Virus record (IMG/VR): IMGVR_UViG_3300049049_000088 | Coordinates: 1 to 32,493 of that record | DNA length: 32,493 bases | DNA from: a virus | Taxonomy: Duplodnaviria > Caudoviricetes | Direction: 5' to 3' (one strand) | Shown: in pieces, positions 25,440 to 32,493 of the stretch | Layout of the letters: the number at the start of each line of letters is the position of its first letter | Numbering within the stretch: position 1 is the first letter of the stretch | Translations under genes and position numbers: made by a program | The notes under the pieces: model-generated | What the model was told of the DNA's origin: nothing | The model's input: only the letters and a program-made list of their open reading frames with translations | The model's database searches: none

Positions 25440-27115
25440 GCACTTTCAACGTCGGCACGTTCCCTGTTGTGCTGGAGGTTGGCTATCGGCTGTCGCTGAT
25501 CTCTGACGGCTTCGCATCTGGCACGCTGGCCACACCCGACGCGGTGCAGGCGATCACGTCGAGCCAGACATACGAGGCAGGCCCGTACACCGTTCGGCGT
25601 GAGGTGGTCATAAAGGTCGACAGCGGGTCGGTGGTCGTCACCGTCATCGACCCGGCGCCCGAGACGGCATCGGCTGACCTGTTCGCGTTCACCACCACTT
25701 CGACGGCTGACGAGATCGGCGACGCAGCGACCGAGGTTGGCACGCACACCGGCAGCCAGCCGTGGGGGGCAGGCCGCGCGCTGACCCTAGCGCCCGGCCT
25801 GTATGAACGCGACAGCACGCTGCTGATCTCGGTCAACCACACGCTCGAATCCCCGGCCGGCTCTGCTGCGGCGCTGATCCGATACACCGGCTACCCCGAA
25901 GAGGGCCAGCCGGAGCCTGGTGGACCCAGCGGGGTCATCACCATCGCTGGCGACCGGCTGTTCAACAACTCGTTCGTCGGCCGCGGCGAGTTCCGGCATC
26001 TGGAGATCGACGGCAACGCCATTGGCAACGACCTGGCGCCGTTCGATATGGCGTACCCGGTGCACGGCGTCTACGCGCCCGAGACCGAGAACGGAATCAT
26101 CCAGTCCATCGACTACTGCCGCGTCAGCCGCTGCGCTGGTGATGGCTGGCACATCGTTGGCCGCGATCAGTTGATCTCGCGCCGCATGAAGGCTGGAAAC
26201 AACCGCGGCTGGGGCATCTACCTCGAAGACGTGGGTGACTCCAAGCTGTGGGGCACGGGCTCCAGCGGCGGCAGCGGCGACAACCGCGGCGAGGACTACA
26301 AGTCCACCGGTGGCGCGCTGTGCGTCAACCACTGCGCCACGTTCTCGATGTCGCAGTTCGACCTGTTCGTGGATGAAGACACGTTCGGCGGTGACTTCGT
26401 GGTGAAGCTCATCAACCAGACGAACGCCCGCTTCATCGCAGGCGAAATGTCTGGCCGCGTGGGCATCTTGGGCCGCAACAACCAGAGCGGCGGCAACGAA
26501 TTCGAGATCAACAACTGCACCTTCGAGAACGTCCTGTTCAAGTGGGCGCAGGGCCTGGAGCGCTCGTGGACCTTCGAGGGCACGACGGTTTCGGCCTACA
26601 TCTACATCAAGGACGCTGACGGGGTGGTATTCATCAACCCCAAGTTTGGCGGCATCGATGCGGACGACGTGGACGAGATGCTGACCCGGCCGGACTACCT
26701 GTGGCAGTTCGACTCGGACACCGACGCGGCGCACCGCGGGTTCGCCCGAATCATGGGCGGCAGCGGCATCCCTCTGCGCCGCTCGCGCCTGGGCGACAGC
26801 AAGGCCCCCGCGATGCCGTGCAAGAAGAACCTGAGCAACGCCAACCACCTGTTGGAGCTGGACTTCGAGCCCGGCGCCCTGGTCGAAATCGCCTGGGACG
26901 ACAGCAACCCGCCGCTGAACTACGTGAAGGCCGCCGCCTACGGCAGTGAGACCGGAGCCACCTACAACAAGGCGGATTACCCCATCGGATACCTGCTGGC
27001 GAACTGGAACGACCCAACCAAGACGCTGGACGACGTTGCTACAACGTTCACCGTCCCGCCCGCTCCCCGCATTCCCCGCACCGGTTGCGCGTTCGCCATG
27101 CGCGTTTGGCTCTAA
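25436..27115 (+). CDS. Virion spike-like protein: parallel beta-helix (pectin-lyase-like) plus a C-terminal tail-collar-like domain
   Basis: LTLAPGLY, FRHLEIDGN, SRCAGDGWHI and NNRGWGIYL beta-helix rungs; C-terminal PGALV....PPLNYVKA...GATYNKADYP...TTFTVP resembles a tail collar domain. Confidence 0.65.
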   Translation: MSTFNVGTFPVVLEVGYRLSLISDGFASGTLATPDAVQAITSSQTYEAGPYTVRREVVIKVDSGSVVVTVIDPAPETASADLFAFTTTSTADEIGDAATEVGTHTGSQPWGAGRALTLAPGLYERDSTLLISVNHTLESPAGSAAALIRYTGYPEEGQPEPGGPSGVITIAGDRLFNNSFVGRGEFRHLEIDGNAIGNDLAPFDMAYPVHGVYAPETENGIIQSIDYCRVSRCAGDGWHIVGRDQLISRRMKAGNNRGWGIYLEDVGDSKLWGTGSSGGSGDNRGEDYKSTGGALCVNHCATFSMSQFDLFVDEDTFGGDFVVKLINQTNARFIAGEMSGRVGILGRNNQSGGNEFEINNCTFENVLFKWAQGLERSWTFEGTTVSAYIYIKDADGVVFINPKFGGIDADDVDEMLTRPDYLWQFDSDTDAAHRGFARIMGGSGIPLRRSRLGDSKAPAMPCKKNLSNANHLLELDFEPGALVEIAWDDSNPPLNYVKAAAYGSETGATYNKADYPIGYLLANWNDPTKTLDDVATTFTVPPAPRIPRTGCAFAMRVWL

Positions 27116-27127
27116 CAGGAGAACGAC

Positions 27128-27736
27128 ATGGCAATCGTCAAGCGCATGGCCGCGATGCTCATTGGCACTCGTGCGGAAATCTTCGCCGAGACCGGCAGTT
27201 ACAAGGGACAGCAGGCTTTCGCCACGGATTACGGACTGGGCGCAGGGCTGATGTACGTGTGGAACGGCGCGGCCTGGGTGCTGCCTCCCGTCATGCAGTT
27301 GATTGGCTTGACTGGAACCGACGTGTCCTGCGACGCCGACACCGTGGAGAAGACGCTCTACACGGTCAGCATTCCCCCGCTCGGCATCAATGACGGCTTC
27401 ATCACCCAGGTGAAGTGGGACATGACCAGCAGCGGCAACAACAAAACTTTGCGCGCGAAGGTCGGCGGCACGCAGATCTACAGCCAATCATTCACAACCA
27501 ACGAGTCTGACGTTCGGGATCTCTTCTTCTTCAACCGCGCAGCGACCAACGCCAACATCAGCGGGCACAGCAACTCGAACGTCTACGGTGGAAGCGGGGC
27601 CGACCTGTCCACCTCGGCCATCCAGACCAACGTGGCGACGACGCACATCGTCACCGGCCAGAAGGCGTCGGCCGGCGAGGTTCTCACCGTCAAGCACGCA
27701 TGGACGCGCATCTTTGGCGCAACAGCGCAGCCCTAA
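27128..27736 (+). CDS. Putative virion structural protein, beta-rich (202 aa)
   Basis: AGGAG RBS; MYVWNGAAWV trimer/fibre-type motif; Thr/Ser/Asn-rich. Confidence 0.65.
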   Translation: MAIVKRMAAMLIGTRAEIFAETGSYKGQQAFATDYGLGAGLMYVWNGAAWVLPPVMQLIGLTGTDVSCDADTVEKTLYTVSIPPLGINDGFITQVKWDMTSSGNNKTLRAKVGGTQIYSQSFTTNESDVRDLFFFNRAATNANISGHSNSNVYGGSGADLSTSAIQTNVATTHIVTGQKASAGEVLTVKHAWTRIFGATAQP

Positions 27737-27748
27737 AGGACTACCTCC

Positions 27749-28033
27749 ATGACCATGCTCATTTCGATGGCTGTGCCGAACCGCGCAAGCACGACCACGG
27801 TCGCCATCAGCACGACCTCTGCACAAAGCGGCGTGCTGGCCGGCGGCAACGTGGTGTTGAAGTCCACAGCCGAATGCTTCGTTGTCCGTGGCTCCAACCC
27901 GACCGCGACCGTGCTCTGCCTGCCTTTGCTGGCAGACCAGCAGTACCGCCTGACCGGCATTGCCGAGGGTGAGCGCCTGGCGTTCATCACCGCCTCCGGC
28001 TCTGGCACCGTGCACATCACCGAAGGCGTCTGA
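27749..28033 (+). CDS. Small beta-sandwich virion protein, possible head-spike base (94 aa)
   Basis: AAGGA RBS; alternating beta-strand pattern (VAISTTSAQS, CFVVRGSNPTAT, GTVHITE); directly abuts the next gene. Confidence 0.6.
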   Translation: MTMLISMAVPNRASTTTVAISTTSAQSGVLAGGNVVLKSTAECFVVRGSNPTATVLCLPLLADQQYRLTGIAEGERLAFITASGSGTVHITEGV

Positions 28034-30541
28034 ATGCGCGCTGGGCTGGGGATCTCCGGGCTGTCTGTGGCTGGCGGCGAAAGCGCGCCGCCGCCACCAG
28101 CCGAAGACACCATCCAGTCGCTCGGCATGTTCGGTGGCCAGTGGAAGATCCAGGACACCGACAAGGAAGTTGCGTTCCTGGACCTGATGGACCGTGTGCG
28201 CTGCCCGGCCATCATCCCGGCCGGCTCGGGCTTCGGCAACTACGGCTTTTCGCACCTGAGCGTGCAGAGCTTGGTGCGCTCGGCCAATGTGGTCACGGTC
28301 ACCCTGACCGACGAGCCGGGCCTTGTCCCTGGCACGTTCTATCTCATCACCGGGCAGGAGATCGTTCTGCACTGCCTGCCTGACGACACGTTCAGCGTCG
28401 AAGGCGTGCAGATCACAGTCACCGACCAAACTCACTTCACCTACCCCTGCACGGGCGCCAACGGCACCGCGCCGATTGCCGCCCCCACGGATGTTCCGGC
28501 GGCTGTGATGGGCCGCGTACAGCTCGGGGCTGGCGGCCACCCCATCGAGGACCACCGCCTGATTCTGAGCAACGCGGCGTCTGCCAATGACGACGTGGAC
28601 GGCACTTACACCGTCAACTTCATCGGGGCAGCGCCGGGGAGCGTGTCGTTCACAGGCTGCACGACCAGCGGATACAGCCCAGGCGCGGACAGTTTCCAGA
28701 TCACCGTCACCAGTTCCACCCTGTTGGTTCTGGTGATGAACAGCGTTCCCGCTGACGGCTCGTACCTGGGTGTGCGGATCATCCCCCAAGGGGAAGACCA
28801 GACCGGCGCGACGAAGCTGAGGACTGACTTCGCCGCCAACTGCGCCCGCGGCAAATACACCCGCTGGATGGATGCGCTGCTGACCAACGGCAACGCGGTG
28901 CACAAGTCATGGGCTCAGCGGCCTGTGGCGAACCTGGGCACGGGCCTGCCCTACGAAACGCTGATCGATACCTGCAACGAGCTGAGTCATCACGCTTGGT
29001 TCACTATCCCGACGTTCGCGGCAGATGACTACGTGACCGGGCTGGCCACGCTGGCAGAGGACCGGCTGAGCGCCTCCCTCGATGCGGTCTACGAGTACAC
29101 GAACGAGCCTTGGAACTCGGCCCTTGGCTTCACCCAGTTCCAGTGGCTGTTTGCCATGTCGAAGGCCGACGTACTGGGCATCTACCACGGCTACGAGGAC
29201 TACGCCGAGATTGCCACGCTGAGCAAAGCGAGCGGCACCGCAACGGTGGTGCTGAACCACGATCTGCCGCCCGAGTACATCACCGGCCTGCACATCGATG
29301 CCGTGATGACCGACAACGACTTTGACGCCACCGACGTGGCCATCACGGTCACCGGCGCGGACACGTTCACCTATCCGGTGTCGGCTGGCACTGAAAGTGC
29401 ATCTTCGCTGAACGGCGCGTTCTTCGGCAACCTGACGAGCAACCTGCTGTCCGGTGGCGAGCGCAACGTCTACAGCATCCGTGAGCGCTACATCGCGCGC
29501 AAAGCATACCTGCAATCGCAGTTGGTGAAGGCGGCTTACGGTGGAACGCTGAATGGCCTGGCGAAGTACGTGTTCATGTGGCAGTGCACTGGTCACGGCT
29601 TCGGCAGCGCGATGGCGAACAACATCCTGCCGTGGCTGGAGGATACCTACGGGGCTATCGGCGATTGGTGCTACGCCATCGGCGGCGCGCCCTACCCGCG
29701 CGGCTCTGGCACGACGACGGCCAACCTGCGCGATGCGGTCATTGCAGAGATGGACGACCTGTACACGCCGTCCCTGCACTCGATTCGCTACCTGGCGACC
29801 AAGTACGGCATCCCGAAGGTCTGGTGCTACGAAGGCGGTGTGGACCTGGTTGGCGTCAACGTGGCGCGCACCGACTCCATGTTCACCTCGGCCGACATGC
29901 GGACGGCTCAAGAGCACGTCCTGAGCAGCGTCTATGCCGCTGGCACCGACCTGTTCATGAGCTACACGACCGGCACCCGCGAGGTGGGCACGGACGGAAG
30001 TTCGTCATGGGGCCTCGGTGAGTACAACGCCGATCTGCTGCCGGTTGGCAGCGCCACAGCCCCCAAGGCGCAGGGCGTGGATGACGTGATCTTGATCGCG
30101 CCGCCGGCCATCGCCGACGCCAACCAGTTGCCAGGCACCGTGACGCTTATGAACGTCGGCGCAAACACGCTCGACTCAGATGACGCGGCTGGCTACTTCC
30201 TGTTGAACGGTTATGCCGCGCTGGGAAGTGCAGACGCATTTGTCGAGAAGCTGTTTTACGCGCCAGCAGCAGGCACTCTGAACGTCACGATCTACGGCAA
30301 GCACTCCGCCGAGTTTGGCTCCAGCAACAACGCCTTGCGCGTGTACCTTGACGGCGTGCTGGAAGGCGCACACGCATTGTTTGACAACGGCTCCGACGTG
30401 ACTGTCGGCACGGCCGGCGGCTACGCAAGCCCCACGACCTTCGCCCTCGACGTCCCCACCGCTGGGTGGCACATCCTGCGCTTGCGCGGCCCAGCCGGCG
30501 CGCAGCCTGACCGCATCGGCGTCAGCCGCGTGGCTGCCTAA
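28034..30541 (+). CDS. Large fibre/spike protein with a clan GH-A-like glycoside hydrolase domain, two repeated beta domains and a C-terminal CBM-like domain (835 aa)
   Basis: N-terminal MRAGLGISGL plus PPPP linker; RWMD...GLPYE..I..CNE....WF.IP..A.DDYV...YEYTNEPWN (NE acid/base) and CYEGG (nucleophile-like); two ...ITVT...FTYP domains; C-terminal PAAG...VYLDG...AGWHILRL. Confidence 0.7.
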   Translation: MRAGLGISGLSVAGGESAPPPPAEDTIQSLGMFGGQWKIQDTDKEVAFLDLMDRVRCPAIIPAGSGFGNYGFSHLSVQSLVRSANVVTVTLTDEPGLVPGTFYLITGQEIVLHCLPDDTFSVEGVQITVTDQTHFTYPCTGANGTAPIAAPTDVPAAVMGRVQLGAGGHPIEDHRLILSNAASANDDVDGTYTVNFIGAAPGSVSFTGCTTSGYSPGADSFQITVTSSTLLVLVMNSVPADGSYLGVRIIPQGEDQTGATKLRTDFAANCARGKYTRWMDALLTNGNAVHKSWAQRPVANLGTGLPYETLIDTCNELSHHAWFTIPTFAADDYVTGLATLAEDRLSASLDAVYEYTNEPWNSALGFTQFQWLFAMSKADVLGIYHGYEDYAEIATLSKASGTATVVLNHDLPPEYITGLHIDAVMTDNDFDATDVAITVTGADTFTYPVSAGTESASSLNGAFFGNLTSNLLSGGERNVYSIRERYIARKAYLQSQLVKAAYGGTLNGLAKYVFMWQCTGHGFGSAMANNILPWLEDTYGAIGDWCYAIGGAPYPRGSGTTTANLRDAVIAEMDDLYTPSLHSIRYLATKYGIPKVWCYEGGVDLVGVNVARTDSMFTSADMRTAQEHVLSSVYAAGTDLFMSYTTGTREVGTDGSSSWGLGEYNADLLPVGSATAPKAQGVDDVILIAPPAIADANQLPGTVTLMNVGANTLDSDDAAGYFLLNGYAALGSADAFVEKLFYAPAAGTLNVTIYGKHSAEFGSSNNALRVYLDGVLEGAHALFDNGSDVTVGTAGGYASPTTFALDVPTAGWHILRLRGPAGAQPDRIGVSRVAA

Positions 30542-30569
30542 CAGATCACTCCTTGGTCACCCGACCTTG

Positions 30570-30592
30570 AGCCCGCTTCGGCGGGCTTTTTT
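30570..30592 (+). terminator. Intrinsic terminator
   Basis: AGCCCGC-TTCG-GCGGGCT-TTTTT. Confidence 0.85.
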
Positions 30593-30656
30593 ATTCCCGC
30601 GTCACTCGACGCAACCCCACTGTGCCGGGGCGTTTCGGCCTGACTCATCACACCCG

Positions 30657-31385
30657 ATGACCACTGAAGACCTTGCCGCCTCTGGCGCCGCGGCTGACAT
30701 TCCCGCGCCTGCTGCTCCTGTACTGGAGAACCCACAAGTCGAAGGCACCGACGCCCCCGCGACCGAACCGGCTGAAACCGAAGCCGAGAAGGAAGCCAAG
30801 GCAGTCAAGCAACTGCAACGCCGCATCGACAAGCGAACCCGCGACCTGTACGCCGAACGCGCTGAAAAAGAGCAACTTCGCCGTGAGCTGGACGCGCTGA
30901 AGAACACCGGGAAGCAATCCCCAGAGGATGCGCCCGACATCGAAGCACTGACCGAACGGCGTGCGCGTGAGCTTGTTGAACAGCAGACGCTGCAAGGCAA
31001 GGTCCGCACCACGCTGGAGAAGGGCAAATCGCTTGAGAACTTCGACCAAGCCGTGAACACGGCAATCGAAGACCTCGGACTGCTCGACTCCAAAGGCCGG
31101 CCGACGCCGCACCTCGCGGCTGTGCTCGATGCCGACGCGCCGCACGAGTTGATCCATTACCTCGGGACGAACCCCGACGTTGCCGACTCGTTGCAAGGGC
31201 TGTCCCCGACGCAATTCGCCTACCGCCTGGCACGCATCGAAGCACAGATGCAGGCCGGCAAGGCCCCGAAACAAAGCACTGCACCGAAGCCCCTCGCGCC
31301 GGTGCGCCCCGCCAGCCCGCCGACCGCCAAAGCCGACTCGGAAATGTCCGACGCGGAGTGGTACCGGCAGCGCCGCAAACGTTGA
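30657..31385 (+). CDS. Scaffolding protein (P22-like position)
   Basis: Acidic Pro/Ala-rich N-terminus, coiled coil (LQRRIDKRT), ELIHYLGTNP, C-terminal MSDAEWYRQR; directly before the coat gene. Confidence 0.82.
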   Translation: MTTEDLAASGAAADIPAPAAPVLENPQVEGTDAPATEPAETEAEKEAKAVKQLQRRIDKRTRDLYAERAEKEQLRRELDALKNTGKQSPEDAPDIEALTERRARELVEQQTLQGKVRTTLEKGKSLENFDQAVNTAIEDLGLLDSKGRPTPHLAAVLDADAPHELIHYLGTNPDVADSLQGLSPTQFAYRLARIEAQMQAGKAPKQSTAPKPLAPVRPASPPTAKADSEMSDAEWYRQRRKR

Positions 31386-31403
31386 ATCAAGGAAATCTGA
31401 ATC

Positions 31404-32493
31404 ATGGCAAACGCCCCGCTTACCCACTCCATGGTCGCCCGCGAAGCCGCGGCGATGCTGGAGGAACTGTCGCCCTTCGTGCGCAATGTCAACAAGGCTC
31501 GTCAAGACGAGTTCGGCGAAGACATCAGCGGCTACAAGAAGGGCTCTTCGGTCCGCATCAAGCTGCCCCCGACCGGTGTCGTCTACGACGGCGCCACCTT
31601 CGCCGGTGGCGGCTCGGCCCCGGACTTCGTGGAAGCGTCCGAGACGCTGACGCTCGACACGCAGAAGCATGCCGGCCTGACCTTCACCGCGAAGGAAAAG
31701 CTCCTGGACATCACCGAGTTCAAGGAGCGCATCCTGATGCCGCAGATGATCACGCTCGCTGCGTCGGTCGAAGCGGCGGCCCTGCAACTGGCCTGCCTGG
31801 CCACCCCGAACAAGGTTGGCACCGTGGGCACCACGCCCACGACCATGAAGTTGTTCAACCAGGCCCGGCAGAAGATGCAGCGCAGCCTGACGCCGAACGA
31901 CCCGCGGTACATGATGTACACGGATGATGTCGGCCCGGAGCTGATCGATGCATCGAAGGCGCTGTTCAGCCCCGTGCCCGAGATCCAGAAGCAGTTCTAT
32001 GAAGGCTCCATCGGCAAGGCATCTGGCGCGGCCTGGTACGAGTGCGTCAACCTGCCCACGCAGGCGGTCGGCACCCGTGCGGGCGCCATCACCGTGTCTG
32101 GCGCGAGCCAGGTCGGTGCGTCGATCACGGTGGCCTGCACGAGCGGCGACACGTTCAAGAAGGGCGAGATCGTCACCTTCGCTGGCGCGATCGACGTGCA
32201 CCCGCTGACCGGCACTGCCTACGGCACCTCGCTGAAGCAGTTCGTCATCACCGCGGACACGACCGCCTCTGGCTCGACCGTTGCCCTGCCGATCTACCCG
32301 TCGATCGACGTGGCCATGCCGAACCAGACCGTTGCCGCTTCGCCGACCAACAGCGGCGCGGTGACGTTCGGGTACTCGTCGGCGGCTCACAAGGAGTCGC
32401 TGATGTGGCACAAGGACGCGTTCACGATGGCTTTCGCTCCGCTGCCCGTACTGGCCAGTTGCGAGGGCTACACGGCGCGTCTGCCGAGTGGCG
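31404..32493 (+). CDS. Major capsid protein (P22 gp5-like), 3'-truncated by the window
   Basis: Translated by hand: MANAPLTHSMVAREAAAMLEE..PFVRNVN...KKGSSVRIKLP...TLTLDTQKH..LTFT..E..LDI..F.ERIL.P; AAGGA RBS; absent from the ORF track because no stop falls in the window. Confidence 0.9.
   Translation, partial: MANAPLTHSMVAREAAAMLEELSPFVRNVNKARQDEFGEDISGYKKGSSVRIKLPPTGVVYDGATFAGGGSAPDFVEASETLTLDTQKHAGLTFTAKEKLLDITEFKERILMPQMITLAASVEAAALQLACLATPNKVGTVGTTPTTMKLFNQARQKMQRSLTPNDPRYMMYTDDVGPELIDASKALFSPVPEIQKQFYEGSIGKASGAAWYECVNLPTQAVGTRAGAITVSGASQVGASITVACTSGDTFKKGEIVTFAGAIDVHPLTGTAYGTSLKQFVITADTTASGSTVALPIYPSIDVAMPNQTVAASPTNSGAVTFGYSSAAHKESLMWHKDAFTMAFAPLPVLASCEGYTARLPSG

Larger units (their letters stand above)
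2418..32493. mobile_element. Prophage (lambdoid early region, P22-like head genes) inserted at tRNA-Ser(CGA); the other end is outside the window
   Basis: The integrase stop lies 26 bp from the tRNA CCA. Contiguous int-xis-recombination-immunity-replication-Q-terminase-portal-scaffold-coat order. The att core presumably lies in the tRNA 3' part but cannot be delimited without the second copy. Confidence 0.95.

Noticed and set aside
25436-30541. Diversity-generating retroelement target in the fibre genes
   Set aside because: No reverse transcriptase and no TR/VR repeat pair was seen in the window.
25787-32411. Long minus-strand ORFs (25787-27487, 27488-28903, 28907-29917, 30648-32411)
   Set aside because: Antisense shadows of high-GC3 plus-strand genes; no motifs or RBS, and they fully overlap well-supported CDSs.

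Overview
A high-GC host segment (3' part of an SNF2-family helicase gene, then tRNA-Ser(CGA) at 2326-2417) is followed by about 30 kb of a temperate prophage that begins at the tRNA 3' end and runs past the end of the window. The host is probably a Burkholderiales-type betaproteobacterium (inference). The early region has a lambdoid layout: int/xis, a long leftward operon of small coupled genes (DUF551 x2, C5-MTase-like, J-domain, NinB, Ref-like, RecT, Rmf-like), pL/OL, a cI-linked immunity operon, OR/pR, cro, cII-like, replication initiator with internal iterons, a helicase, nin-like genes, Q and pR'/tR'. The head genes are P22-like: TerS, TerL, portal, scaffold and coat (truncated). Four features stand out. 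(1) Four early genes are each bracketed by an exact 13-25 bp direct repeat of the gene junction (stop/start overlap, with the RBS in three pairs). (2) A 5.1 kb four-gene cassette between portal and scaffold looks like a head-spike base plus a glycoside-hydrolase/CBM fibre and a beta-helix spike. (3) A signal-peptide HNH nuclease and an exported helical protein lie downstream of a protease-less cI. (4) An 11 bp tandem duplication frameshifts a small nin-region gene. All family calls come from motifs recognised by eye; no searches were run.
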